Assembly (NCBI GenBank): GCA_963727445.1
Contig: CAVSGI010000011.1
Span: 1 to 64,000 of the forward strand
Length of the DNA: 64,000 nt
Source: an uncultured delta proteobacterium
GTDB lineage: Bacteria; Myxococcota_A; Polyangia; Polyangiales; B10-G4
Direction: 5' to 3'
Shown here: positions 20,782-32,630 of the stretch, piece by piece
How the letters are laid out: each line of letters starts with the position of its first letter
Position numbering within the stretch: the stretch's first letter is position 1
The notes under the pieces: generated by a model
Database searches by the model: none
Told to the model about the DNA's origin: nothing
The model's input: only the letters and a program-made list of their open reading frames with translations
Made by a program: the position numbers and the translations under genes

Positions 20782-20940
20782 TCCTGCTTCGCCGGCTGGC
20801 TCGAGAGCGAGACCGCCGAAGAGATCATCCTCTACAACTACAGCTCCGACCCCGACGGCCCCGACTGCGACTGGAACATGGGCCAGGTGAACCCGACGAA
20901 CATCTACCGGCACGTGCTTCGGTTCACGCGGCGGCCCTGA
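20782..20940 (+). pseudogene. 3' fragment of a gene truncated at a repeat end
   Basis: Reads ..CFAGWLESETAEEIILYNYSSDPDGPDCDWNMGQVNPTNIYRHVLRFTRRP* directly after the repeat. Confidence 0.55.
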
Positions 20941-21029
20941 GCCCAAGTCGCCGAGCCCTAAAGTGCGTACCTTGTACGGTTGTGTGGACCCGGTCGTACG
21001 TGTGACCCTTCTACTCGAGGGTGGTAGGC

Positions 21030-24000
21030 ATGCGAGTCGGCGTTTTCCTGGGGTTGTCGGTCCTCTTTGTCACGGCGTGTAGTGGCGGCGACGAGCCACC
21101 CGACGGCGCCATGGACAGCGCCACCGACAGCACGATCGGCGATGGGACCGTGGACGGCGACGGCGCGCCCATGGACGTTCCGCTTTCGGACGTCGGGCCC
21201 ACGTGCACCACCGACGTCGATTGCGACGACGGAGATGCCTGCAACGGAACCGAGACCTGCGACACCGCGACGGGTATGTGTGCCGGCGGCACCGCACCCG
21301 CGGATGGAACGACCTGTGACGCGGATGGGATGCCCTCCACCCCGGACATCTGCCTCGCTGGAACCTGCGTCGCCTCCACCTGCGGCGACGGCTATACGGA
21401 CACGGCTACGGACGAAGAGTGTGACGACGCCAACACGACCATCGGTGACGGTTGCGACGCCTGCCGGGTCGAGTGCCTGGCCGACACCGACTGCGACGAC
21501 ATGGACCCGTGCAACGGCGTCGAGGCCTGCGACCCTCTGACGCGCGCGTGCACGACGGGTTCCTCGGCTCGCGACGGCACCATCTGCGACGCGGACAGCG
21601 ATCCCACGACCCGCGACATCTGCCGAGGTGGGACCTGCGACGCCTCGATCTGCGGTGATGGGTACGTGGATACGGTCGGGGGGGAGTACTGCGACGACGG
21701 CAACGTCATCGATGGCGATGGTTGCGATTCGACGTGCACGATCGACTGCAGCACGGACTCCGACTGTGAGGACGGAAACGCCTGCAACGGCACCGAAACC
21801 TGCGACGCGACCACCATGGTCTGCGTGGTCGGGACGGTCAGCCCAGACGGGACGGTCTGCGACGCGGATGGCGTGCGTTCCACCCGCGACATCTGCCTGG
21901 GCGGATTGTGCGGCCTCTCGATTTGTGGCGACGGTTACGTCGACCGACGCGAGGACTGCGACGACGGCAACACCGTCGACGGGGACGGATGCGACAACGA
22001 TTGCAGCTATTCCTGCCGCCGCGACCGTGACTGCGACGATGGAAGCCCGTGCAGCGACGACACGTGCGACACCGGCGCACACCGCTGCAACTTCACACCG
22101 GCGGGCGCAGGAACGGTGTGCCGCGCCTCGACCGGCGGGTGCGATCCCGCGGAGACATGTGACGGCGCGTCCACCGCCTGCCCCGCCGACGCATTCGAAG
22201 CGGCGGGGGCCGTGTGCCGAGACTCTACCGGCGGGTGCGATCCCGCCGAGACCTGCGACGGTACGACCGCGGCTTGTCCCGCCGACGCGCTCGAGGCCGC
22301 TGGCTTCGTGTGTCGCGCGGCGGTGAGCCTCTGCGATATCGAGGAAACCTGCGACGGCAGCAGCGCCGCCTGCCCGACCGACGCCCTCGCGTCGGCCGGC
22401 ACCGTGTGCCGGGCATCGGCCGGAGCCTGCGACGTCGACGAAGTCTGCGATGGCGCATCCAACACGTGCCCGGGCGACTTGCTGGCCGCTGCCGGCTCGG
22501 TCTGCCGGGCCGCCGTCGGCACCTGCGACATCGACGAAACCTGCGACGGGTCGTCGGCCGCCTGTCCGACGGACGCGGTGGCCAGCGCGGGCACCGCCTG
22601 CCGCGCGTCCGCTGGCGCATGCGACGTCGGCGAAACGTGCGACGGCACCAGCGGCAGCTGCCCGAGCGATGGCTTCGCCGCCGCGGGCACGGTCTGCCGA
22701 TCCTCCATGGACACCTGTGACGTCGAGGAGACGTGCACAGGCTCCAGCGCGACCTGTCCCGCGGACGCTTTCGCCGGGCTGACCGTGATCTGCCGCGCGT
22801 CGACCGCCCCCTGCGATGCGACCGAGACCTGCGACGGATCGACCGCGGCGTGCCCCCCCGACGGCTACGAGCCGACGGGCACGGTCTGTCGAAGCGCCGC
22901 CGATGCGTGCGACGCCGACGAGATCTGCGATGGCTTCAGCTACGCCTGCCCGGCTGACGCCTTCGCGCCGGTGGGCACCACCTGCCCCGGAGGCACCTGC
23001 GACGGGCTGGGAATGTGCTCCGCCGGCTGTACGCCCGGGGCGTCGTGCAGCACGGGCAATCCCTGCGAGCTCGGGACGATCGACTGCAGCAGCGGCTCAC
23101 CCGTGTGTGTGTCCGCCGGGCCCGCTCCGTCGACGACGGTCTGCCGCCCGGCGACCGCGCCCTGCGACATCGAGGAGCGCTGCTCGGGCACCAGCACCTC
23201 CTGCCCCGGTGACCGCTTCCTCACCGGAACCGTCTGCCGGCCGGCGTCCGGCGCCTGCGACGTCCCCGAGACGTGCACCGGAGGCAGCGGATCGTGTCCG
23301 CCAGACGGATTCGCGGCATCCGGAGTCGTCTGCAGGACCGCCGCCGGACCATGCGACGTCGACGAAACCTGTACCGGCGGAAGCAGCGCGTGCCCACCGG
23401 ACTCCTTCAGCTCGGCGGGCACGGTCTGCCGAGCGTCGGCGGGCGTCTGTGACGTTGCGGAGACCTGCGACGGCGCCGCCGCGCTGTGTCCGACGGATTC
23501 CTTCGCCGCCTCCGGCACCACCTGCCGTGGATCCACGGGCGCTTGCGATCTGGAAGAGCGTTGCGATGGCGCCACCGCCGATTGCCCCGCCGACGCCCTC
23601 ACCGCCGCGGGGACCGTGTGCCGCAGCGCCACCGGCGCCTGCGACGTCGCGGAGACCTGCGACGGAGCGAGCACCGCGTGTCCAGCGGACGGTTGGGCCG
23701 CCGCCGGTACGACGTGTCGTGCGGTCGCAGGGCCTTGCGACGTCGCCGAGCAGTGCACCGGCGGGTCGGCGGCCTGCCCCCCCGATGCCTTCGACACCTC
23801 CGGCTCGATCTGTCGGGCGTCCGGCGGCGCATGCGACGTCCCAGAGGCCTGCAACGGAACCGGCGTGATGTGCCCGCTGGACGTCTTCGTGTCGGCCGGC
23901 ACCGAATGTCGCGCGTCGGCTGGCGCCTGCGACGTGGCCGAGGCGTGTAGCGGCACGTCCGCCACGTGTCCCGCCGACGGGGCGCGCTCCTTCGGAACAC

Positions 24001-26544
24001 TCTGTCGGGCGGCCTCTGGTCTGTGCGACCTCGATGAGCGGTGCGATGGGTCCAGCCCGACCTGTCCGGCCGACGCGCTCGCCGCGTCCGGAACCGTCTG
24101 TCGCTCGGCGGCTGGCGCCTGTGACATGGCCGAGACCTGCAGCGGCTCCTCCGCGTCTTGTCCGGCCGACGGTCTTCAGGCCTCCGGCTTCGTGTGTCGC
24201 TCCGCGACGGGAGAGTGCGACCTCGCCGAGACCTGCGATGGGGCGAGCACGTCGTGTCCCATGGATGGGTATGCCCCGAGCGGCCAGATGTGTAGCGGCG
24301 GTACGTGCGACGGCCTCGGCATGTGCGTGTCGGGATGCACCGGAGGCGCCTCGTGCAGCACGGGCAACCCGTGCGAGGTCGGCACGATTGACTGCAGCAC
24401 CGGCAGCCCGGTCTGCGTGTCGGCCGGTCCGGCGAGCGCGGGGGTCGTCTGTCGGGCGGCGACCGGGCCCTGCGACGTTCCCGAGACCTGCACGGGCTCG
24501 AGCACCACGTGTCCTTCCAACGCCTTCGAGCCTTCGAGCACCGTCTGCCGCGGAGCCGCGGGGGCGTGCGATGTCGCGGAGACCTGCACCGGCTCGAGCG
24601 CCAGCTGCCCCGCCGACAACCTGGCCACGAGCGGCACCGTCTGCCGAGCCGCCGCGGGGACCTGCGACGTGGCCGAGACCTGCTCCGGGTCGAGCCCGAG
24701 CTGTCCCGCCGACTCGTTCGTCAGCAGCGGCACCAGCTGCCGGGCGTCGGCGGGGCCGTGCGACGTGGCGGAGTCCTGCACGGGCTCGAGCGCGAGCTGC
24801 CCCGCCGACGGATTCGCCAGCTCTAGCACCGTGTGTCGGACTGCGAGCGGCGCATGCGACGTGGCCGAGACCTGCTCCGGCGTGAGTGCCGCGTGTCCGG
24901 CGAACGGCTACGCGAGCTCCGGCACGATTCTGTCGAAGCGCGAGCGGTGCGTGCGACGTGGCCGAGACCTGCTCCGGGTCCAGCGCCTCGTGCCCGGCGA
25001 ACGGCTACGCAAGCGCCGGAACGACCTGCCGCGCCGCGGTGGGGCCGTGTGACGCGACCGAAACCTGCTCAGGGTCCAGCGCATCGTGTCCCGCCGACGG
25101 CTACGCGAGCTCCGGAACGACCTGTCGGGCGGCGAGCGGCGGGTGTGACGTCGCGGAGAGCTGCACGGGCTCGAGCGCATCCTGCCCGGCCGACGGCTTC
25201 CAGAGCGGCGGGACGACGTGTCGCTCCTCCGCCGGCCCCTGTGACGTCACGGAGAGCTGCACGGGCTCGAGCGCGTCCTGCCCGCCCGACGGATTCCAGA
25301 GCTCCTCGACGGTCTGCCGTGCGTCGGCCGCACTGTGTGACGCCGCCGAGACGTGCACCGGATCGGGTGCGCTCTGTCCGGCGGACGCACCAGCTTCGGC
25401 CGGCACGGTCTGCCGCGCCATGAGCGGGATGTGCGACGTCGCCGAGATGTGCGACGGGACCTCGATGTCCTGTCCGGCGGACGCGAGCGCGCCCGATGGC
25501 ACCTCGTGCGACATCGATGGCAACCCCGCCACGCCGGACGTGTGCCTCGCGGGTGTGTGCACGGGCTCTTCGTGCGGCGACGGAACCGTGGACATGGCGA
25601 GCGGCGAGCAGTGCGACGACATGAACACCACGCGCCTCGACGGCTGCGACCCGTTCTGTCTCATCGAGCAGAGCGTACGCTTCGACAGCATCGCCGTTCA
25701 GGGGCCGAGCTTCGGGTGTACCGACATCGACAGCGACGGATCCATCGACAACCAGATCGGCACCGCGTTCTCGTCGACGGCGCGAAGCCAGCTCAACGGG
25801 GACGTCGCGACGTCCGTCGACAACGGCGACTTCAACTTGCTGATGCCACTGCTGGGCCTCGACGACCTGCTCGGGCAGAACGACCCGGCTCTGCGTCTGG
25901 GTATCGTGAACTCCAACGACGCGGTGAGCCCCTTCGACGGAACCAGGGGCGAGGATTTCCTGGCGTGGGCGAGCGCCGTCGACGGGACGGGCCTGCCCAC
26001 ATCGATCGTCGATCCGGCCATGGTGAGCGGGGGCATGCTCACCTCGTCGGGCCGGATCGCCAACATGGACGTGCTCCTCTACGGCGATTGGGTGTCGTGG
26101 ACCTTCGAGCGTGCGCGGATCAGCGGCACGGTGGTTCCCGACACCGGGATGATGCGCGTCGACTCCATCTCCAACGGGATGCTCTGCGGAGCGATCCCCG
26201 CGGCTTCGCTCGATCGCAGCGTGATGCCGGACACCCTCGCGTCGGTCTGCCCGGCCTACGCTGGCGACTCGTTCCTTGACGCGCTCGTGGGTGGCTGTCG
26301 CTTCAGCTTCATCACGCTGATCACCGGCAGTCAGCCTGACATCGATATCGAAGGCGACGGGATCTACAGCCCGGCCCTCGAAGACACCAACGGCGACGGA
26401 CGCATCGACCGCTGCCGCGATGGGGCCAGCGGCACCATCATCACCGGTGACAACTGCGCCCAGGACCCCCGCTTCGACGACGCCTACTCGGTCGCTTTCA
26501 GCTACACGGCCATCCGCGCCGACCTGGTCGGCGTCGCGCCGTAG
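21030..26544 (+). CDS. Giant Cys-rich lipoprotein with DUF4215-type and ~32 disintegrin-like repeats; one frameshift near 24929
   Basis: Lipobox VTAC; CGDG..CDDGN..GDGC repeats; 32-aa units VCRAAAGPCDVAETCTGSSASCPADGF continue across ORFs 21021-25052 and 24886-26544. Confidence 0.88.
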
Positions 26545-26562
26545 AAGCTATCTCGAAACTCA

Positions 26563-26718
26563 GCGCTCGCGATCTGCATGACCGCACCGGAGGGAGGGTC
26601 CCACCCCGGGGCTCGGGGGCCTTGCAGATGCGAGCGCGGGACAAGACCAGTGACGTGGTCTCGTCGGCAATCCGGCTTCGCGTCGCCTGACGGCGCCGCT
26701 GCGATTCAGAACTGCCTG
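26563..26718. repeat. Cluster of hairpins between convergent genes (terminator/REP-like)
   Basis: GCGCTCGCGATCTGCA...TGCAGATGCGAGCGC and GACAAGACCA...TGGTCTCGTC inverted repeats. Confidence 0.5.
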
Positions 26719-26720
26719 GG

Positions 26721-28667
26721 CTAGTTACCCAGCTTGATGAGGAAGACGTCGCCCATGCCGTTGCTAGTGAGCATGGCCTCGCCGAGGTCGACCGAGCTCT
26801 CGAAGCTTCCAGTCACGTAGATCGCGCCGGTCGAGTCCGCGGCGATGTTCAGGCCGAGGTCGATGCCGGTTCCGCCGAAGGCGCGCGACCACGCCACCGA
26901 ACCATCGGAAGCGAGGGACAGGACGAGGACGTCGTCCATGCCCTGGCTGACGACGTCGCGCCCGAGGTCGACGGTGCCCACGAAGCTACCGATGGCCGCG
27001 ACCGCCCCCGCCCTGGGGGACACGATCCCGTATGGATAGTCGCGCCCCGTTCCCCCGAAGGCCATCGACCACTGGTGGGTTCCTCCCGACGAGTACTTGG
27101 CGACGGCGAGGTCAGAAAAACCAGCGCTCACGAGGGGATCCCCACCGAAGACGGCGCTGCCCTCGAACGCACAGGTCGTGAGCAGGGATCCGTCCGAGCG
27201 GTCGATGTCGATCGCCGTCCCATAGTCGAAACCGGTGCCCCCGTAGTCGAAGCCGCGGACGAACGATCCATCCGCTGCGTCGAGCTCCGCGAGGAAGGCG
27301 TCGGTGTTACCGATGGACGTGAGCATGCTCGGACCGAAGGTGATGCTGGTTCCGAAGGAGCCGATGATGAAGGCGTGGTCGTCGCTCGAGACCGCGATCC
27401 CCTCGGCGAAGTCGGTACCGCTCGGCCCGCCGACGCGGGTGTTCCAAAGGTAGCCGCCGTCCGAGCCCCGGTACTTCACCGCGAAGCCATCGAACAAGCC
27501 CATCGCGGTGATCGGCGTGCCCGAGCCGAAGTCCACCGTGCTCTGGAAGTTGCCCGTGAGGATCGGGTTGTCGGCGGAGTCCACTGCGATGTCGAAGCAG
27601 CCGTCGGTGCCGGAATCGCCGAAGGTGCGTGACCAGATGGGTGATCCGTCCGCGCCGGAGAGCTTGACGAGGAAGACGTCGAAGCCGCCCGCGCTCGTCG
27701 TGGGGCCGTCCCCGAAGTCCGCCGTCTGCTGATAGAAGCCCGAGACGAAGACGTCGCCCGCCGAGTCGACCGTCAACGCCTGCGTCTGGTCCGCGTCGAT
27801 GCCGCCGAACCGCTTGGCCCACATGAGTGAGCCGTCCGTTCCGGCATACTTGGCGACGAAGATGTCCTCGGCGCCGGCGCTGCTCAGGGTGGTGCCGCCG
27901 AAATCGGCGTCGCCGTGAAAGTAGCCGGCCGCCACGACGTTGTCCTCGGCGTCGATGGCGAGACTGGTGCCGGAATCGAAATCGGCGTCCCCGAACTCGA
28001 GCGCCCACACCACGCCACCCGGCGAGAAGACGGCCTCGACGTCCTTGGCCGCGTCCATCGAGACCATGCACGAGCCCAGGCCCGTGCAGTCGCCGGTCCA
28101 GCCTTCGAACGTGAACCCGGGCTCGGCCTCGGCCGCGAGAGTCACCTCCGTGCCTATCTCGAAGCCGGCCGAACAGGAGGAGCCGCAGTCGATCCCGGCC
28201 GGCATGGAGGAGACCGTGCCTCGTCCACCGCCGGACTTCGTCACCGTGAGGTCGAAGACGAGGCGCTCGAAGGTCGCCGTCACGGACACCGCGTGATCGG
28301 CGACGACCTCGCAGGTGCCCATGCCCGTGCAGTCACCGCCCCACCCCGCGAACATGGACATGGCGTCCGGGGTGGCCTCGAAGGACAGCATCGTGCCGTA
28401 ATCGACGTCGGTCGTGCACATCATGCCGCAATCGATCCCCGCCGGCGTCGAAACGACCGTGCCCGAGCCGGCGCCAGCCAGCGCGACGGTTACCGATTGA
28501 ATGGCATCGACGCAGGTGTTGCTCGAGGGCTCGCAGATGTAGCCGTCGCGGCACCGTCCCTCCGGATCGCACGCGGTGGGCGCCGGTCCCACGTCCACCG
28601 TGCAGCCAACAGCCATCGAGACGCATGCGATCGTCGCAACGGCGAGCTCTTTCGACAGTCTGCGCAT
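26721..28667 (-). CDS. Lipoprotein with two InlB B-repeat-like domains and an SBBP beta-propeller
   Basis: AVGC lipobox; GSGTVVSTPAGIDCG..FAGWGGDC twice; repeated D-x-F-L/V-x-K..W-x-x-x-F-G motifs. Confidence 0.85.
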   Translation of the reverse strand: MRRLSKELAVATIACVSMAVGCTVDVGPAPTACDPEGRCRDGYICEPSSNTCVDAIQSVTVALAGAGSGTVVSTPAGIDCGMMCTTDVDYGTMLSFEATPDAMSMFAGWGGDCTGMGTCEVVADHAVSVTATFERLVFDLTVTKSGGGRGTVSSMPAGIDCGSSCSAGFEIGTEVTLAAEAEPGFTFEGWTGDCTGLGSCMVSMDAAKDVEAVFSPGGVVWALEFGDADFDSGTSLAIDAEDNVVAAGYFHGDADFGGTTLSSAGAEDIFVAKYAGTDGSLMWAKRFGGIDADQTQALTVDSAGDVFVSGFYQQTADFGDGPTTSAGGFDVFLVKLSGADGSPIWSRTFGDSGTDGCFDIAVDSADNPILTGNFQSTVDFGSGTPITAMGLFDGFAVKYRGSDGGYLWNTRVGGPSGTDFAEGIAVSSDDHAFIIGSFGTSITFGPSMLTSIGNTDAFLAELDAADGSFVRGFDYGGTGFDYGTAIDIDRSDGSLLTTCAFEGSAVFGGDPLVSAGFSDLAVAKYSSGGTHQWSMAFGGTGRDYPYGIVSPRAGAVAAIGSFVGTVDLGRDVVSQGMDDVLVLSLASDGSVAWSRAFGGTGIDLGLNIAADSTGAIYVTGSFESSVDLGEAMLTSNGMGDVFLIKLGN

Positions 28668-28669
28668 GA

Positions 28670-29431
28670 TCAATCCGCCGTGAGCCAGAGGATGAGGGCC
28701 GTGATGCCCGCCGCGAGCGCTGCGCCTCCTGCGATGAGCATCACCGTGAAGGCCGTTTCGAGGGTGGGGTTGCGATCCTGAATGTCCGCCTGGGTGGCCG
28801 CGTACTCCGGCTCGTCGTACGGCGGCAGGTGCATGGCGCGAATCTCGCGGAGTTGATCGGCCTGCCCGTCGAGATCGGACCACAGGGAGTAGGTCCACCC
28901 GCCGGCCACGCCCGCCCCGGCGGCGAGAGCGAGCGCACCGACGGTGAACGCCCAGGGCAGCGCGTGGCTGGGCTCGGGCGGCGGAGCCTCGTGCGGCGTC
29001 CGCTCCAGAGGCTCCTGTCGTTCCTCGGGCGTGGCGACCGGCGGGGCCGGCCGCTCTCCCGTCAGGCGCTCGATCGCATCGGCCGCGAATTGGCGCACGT
29101 TCTCATCGGCGGAGGAGGAGCTCCAGATGCGCTCGTAGGTTTCGACGGCGTCGTCCGGGCGTTCGGCCCACTCGTAACACGCGCCCAGGCGCGCGAGAGC
29201 CCCGGGTGTCGGGTAGATGCCGTAGGCCTCTTCGCAGGACTCGATGCCCCCGTCGACATCTCCGTCGTCGATCTGTCGGCGCGCGCGATCGAAGAGGCCC
29301 ATCGCGCGTTCGCGCACGCCCTCGCCTTCCTCGCCACTCTGGGCGAAAGCGCGAGCGGTTGAGAATGCGGACGCAATCACGATCGCTAGAGCGACCGCGA
29401 ACGACCGGCGGATGAAACCGTCCTTCCCCAC
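28670..29431 (-). CDS. TPR-containing exported/membrane protein
   Basis: Signal peptide, TPR-like helices (EEAYGIYP..LGACYE), C-terminal TM segments; start inferred at GTG. Confidence 0.7.
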   Translation of the reverse strand: MGKDGFIRRSFAVALAIVIASAFSTARAFAQSGEEGEGVRERAMGLFDRARRQIDDGDVDGGIESCEEAYGIYPTPGALARLGACYEWAERPDDAVETYERIWSSSSADENVRQFAADAIERLTGERPAPPVATPEERQEPLERTPHEAPPPEPSHALPWAFTVGALALAAGAGVAGGWTYSLWSDLDGQADQLREIRAMHLPPYDEPEYAATQADIQDRNPTLETAFTVMLIAGGAALAAGITALILWLTAD

Positions 29432-29439
29432 GCGCGCGA

Positions 29440-31166
29440 TTATAGCGGAGGAAGGTCCTGCGGTCGTGGGCCACGCCTCATCATGCTGGAGGCGGTCATC
29501 ATGGCGGGCGGCTCGGGGGCCGTCATCACGGGCGGTGGCGTGGTCTCCATGACGCTGGCGGTCGTGGTCGTCTGGGCCGTGTGGCCGCGCATTCCGCGCG
29601 GGCGTGAGCGCCCCCGCCTGCGGATCGGCTCGAGGGTCGCCAGGGCGTGGCCGTCTTCGGGGTGCACCGTCGCGGATACGAATCCAGCCCGTCGGAGCTC
29701 GAGCTCTTCTTCGCACCTGGAGGCATCGCATGGGGTCGACGCGCAGATGCGCTCGCCGCCGGCCCAGACCGATGCGCCGGGGGGATCGCTCTCGACGCGA
29801 CACGTGGTGTCGGACGCGGCCTCGGCCGTCGCGACCTCCGGCGACTCCTCTTCGTCGGCCGGCAGCTCCTCCTCGTTCGAAGCCTCGCTCACCGCGTGTT
29901 CATCCGCGGGGCTCGACTCCGTGGTCGCCGTTTCGTCGTCCTGCGTGAGCACTGCCACCGCGGCGGCGCCAGCGACGGCGCCCACCAGGATCAGCAGGAG
30001 CATCGGGAGCGGCACTCCCTTCGTGCGTTGAGGAGGCGGCTGCGACCTGGCCTTCGCGACCTCTCGCGCCGATGGCAGCTCGAGCGAGTTTTCCGTCGTT
30101 CGCTCGAACGCCGATTCGATGGGCTCCCCCCCGCAGCCAGCCCCTCCAGGAGCTTCTGCTTCGCCGTGCGCTCCGCGCTGAAGAGATCCGTCATCAGGTC
30201 TGAGACCTCTTCGGCTCCGATCGCGCGGCCCTTGCTCGCGACGTACTGGTCGAGCGCGCGCTTGAGATCGCGTGCGGTGGGGAAGCGATCGTCGCGGTTC
30301 TTCTTCAACGCGCGAAGCACGATCGCTTCGAGCTCGGGCGGGTAGTCGTCGACCACATCGCTCGGCGGTATCGGCTCGGTCTCGAGGAGGCGATACAAGA
30401 GCTCGACCTCGAGCGGGCCGTCGTACAACCGCGTGCCCGTCGTCATCTCGTAGAGCACCACGCCGAGGGACCAGATGTCGGCGCGCCGGTCGACGCCCTC
30501 GCCCCGTGCCTGCTCGGGGCACATGTAGGCGAACTTGCCCTTCACCTGCCCGGCACGCGTCACCGTCGTGCGCCCCGCGCTCTTCGCAATACCGAAGTCG
30601 AGGACCTTGACGTGCCCATCGTAGGTCAAGAAGAGATTCTGAGGTGAGACGTCGCGATGGACGACGCCCAGCGGCTCGCCATCGCGGCCATGCATCTCGT
30701 GTGCGTGGTGCAGGCCCGCCGCGGCGCGCGAGATGACGTGTGCCGCGAGGATCGGATCGAAGCGCCGCTCCCGTCGGCGGAGCGCCCGAATCGTCTTCGA
30801 GAGCGTCTCGCCGAACAGGTACTCGAGCGCCATGAAATACGTGTCGCCGGTGTGGCCGAACTCGTAGATCTGGACGACGTTGGGGTGGTTGATCTGGGCC
30901 CCGAGCCGCGCTTCATCGAGGAACATCTCGACGAACTCGTCGCGCTCCACCAGCTTGCGGAGGACGCGCTTGATGACGACCGGGCGCTGGAAGCCTTCGG
31001 GCCCCATCTGTCGAGCGAGGTAGATCCCAGCCATTCCCCCCGAGGCGATCTCCGTGAAGATCTCGTATCGCCCAATCTGCCGGGAATCAGCCGCCGGGTA
31101 GGTCCCGGATTTCTCGTCCCTGGCCCCCGCGACGGTCGTCTTGTCTTCGCTCGGCACTTGGGCCAA
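29440..31166 (-). CDS. Transmembrane Ser/Thr protein kinase with PEGA-like C-terminus; frameshift near 30128
   Basis: IASGGMA, VVIKR, HRDVSPQN, DFG and YMCPEQ motifs; TM and VESDPPGA in the second frame; switch at a C7 run. Confidence 0.9.
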
Positions 31167-31229
31167 CGACTCCTGTGGTTCAGGTTACAGGTCCCCGATA
31201 CGGAGTGGCAAGGGCGTGAACCGTGATGA

Positions 31230-31587
31230 TTGGTCCATTATCGCGACGTGGAGCTCGTTGGGGGACGGTTCGAGCTGCGAGGCGAAGCCGGCGCCGGAGC
31301 CATGGCAAAGGTCTTTCGCGCTCACGACCTCCACACCGACGAGACGGTCGCCGTCAAGATCCTCCACCCGGGCTCGGACACCAACTACCGCCGTTTCGAG
31401 CGGGAAGCGAGCGTGCTCGCCACGCTTCGCACCCCGGGCGTCGTGCGTTACGTGGCCCACGGGCGCGCGCCCGATGGCCAGCCGTTCCTCGCGATGGAGT
31501 GGCTCGATGGGTTCGACCTCGAAGAGTGGCTGCGGGATCGCACGTGCACCGCGGATGAGGTGCTGGTGCTCGGCTGCGCGTTGGCGA
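31230..31587 (+). pseudogene. Ser/Thr kinase N-lobe, truncated by a repeat unit
   Basis: GAGAMAKV, VAVKIL, RFEREA and LAMEWL motifs, then abrupt switch to repeat sequence. Confidence 0.85.
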
Positions 31588-31682
31588 GCTCCGGTTTCCA
31601 GGCCTCGACGGAAGCCAACCCCCTCACCGGACGTCCGAGTTTCGCAGTAGGTATGATCTGTCGACTGGCCCGCGCGGGGCCA
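31588..31682 (-). repeat. Empty repeat unit C (both end regions of element A fused at AGG)
   Basis: GCTCCGGTTTCCAG..TCACCGGACGTCCGAGTTTCGCAGT joined to AGGTATGATCTGTCGACT (18/18 identical to 10113-10130). Confidence 0.85.
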
Positions 31683-31808
31683 TTCCATTCTACACATCAC
31701 ACTGTAAAGTGGGACGCGGATGATTGGACACGGATGCCGCGGTCTGGTTTGAGCATCTACGCACGGTTCAGGCTGCAGAGGCTCTGCGCGAGCACGGCGC
31801 CGCCCTCG

Positions 31809-32597
31809 ATGACGTCAGCCGCGCTCGCCATCTTGACCTCCAGCGTGATGTTCGGTGCAGGATGCGGCCGGGCCAACTACGACGTCATCGATGCATCGGC
31901 GGAAACCGGCATGGACGGAAGTGACCTCCATGACGCGGACGGCGGCAACCCGTTCCTGACCGAGGCGCTCCTCGCCCACTTCCCGCTCGACGAGACCTCG
32001 GGCTCTTCATTCGTCGATGCGACCGGTCATGGCTACGACGGATCTTGCACCGCGTGTCCGAGGCTCGGCGTTCCCGGCCGATCGAACAATGCGGTACGCT
32101 TCGACGGCACCAACGCGATCGTCGTCGTCAACACGATCAACTACGGCCCGGGTGATCAAGTGTCCGTCGCCGCATGGGTGCGACACGACAGCGCCGGGTG
32201 CGCTTCAGTCAGCGACGCCGAATGCTACGTGGTCGCCAAGAACCAATTCAACAACCTCACCCCTTACAACCTTCAGGTCACGGTGGCTGGGGCGGCGGAG
32301 CTCTACGTTGGAGACGTCGGCACCGAAGCAGGCAGCGCCGCCGGCACCGTTGGAGACGGCGCCTGGCACCACCTGGTCGGGACTTTCGATGGAGCCAACA
32401 TCGCCCTCTTCGTCGACGGAGCGATGCGCGGCACGGGAACCGGCACACCCCAGTCGAACACCGAGCCGCTCGCGATCGGAGCCTCGGCGACCGGTGCTTC
32501 GTACCGGCCATTCGTCGGCGACATCGATGACGTTCGGATCTACGAGCGCGCGCTGTCCGCGGATGAGGTCGCGCAGCTCTACGCGGCCTATCAGTAA
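31809..32597 (+). CDS. LamG/concanavalin A-like domain lipoprotein
   Basis: FGAGC lipobox-like signal; AHFPLDE, SVAAWV, WHHLVGTFDG and GDIDDVRIYERALS motifs. Confidence 0.85.
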   Translation: MTSAALAILTSSVMFGAGCGRANYDVIDASAETGMDGSDLHDADGGNPFLTEALLAHFPLDETSGSSFVDATGHGYDGSCTACPRLGVPGRSNNAVRFDGTNAIVVVNTINYGPGDQVSVAAWVRHDSAGCASVSDAECYVVAKNQFNNLTPYNLQVTVAGAAELYVGDVGTEAGSAAGTVGDGAWHHLVGTFDGANIALFVDGAMRGTGTGTPQSNTEPLAIGASATGASYRPFVGDIDDVRIYERALSADEVAQLYAAYQ

Positions 32598-32603
32598 CCG
32601 GGC

Positions 32604-32630
32604 TCACCGGACGCCCGAGTTTCCGAGAAG
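32604..32630 (-). repeat. Isolated internal module of the repeat scaffold
   Basis: TCACCGGACGCCCGAGTTTCCGAGAAG is the exact reverse complement of 17432-17458. Confidence 0.85.

Noticed and set aside
22100..25500. Regular ~96-bp periodicity as a possible CRISPR array
   Set aside because: It is an in-frame coding repeat with degenerate codons; no identical repeat/unique spacer pattern and no cas genes
31230..32597. 455-aa kinase-LamG fusion protein
   Set aside because: The kinase lacks HRD and DFG motifs, and the middle is non-coding repeat DNA read through by chance
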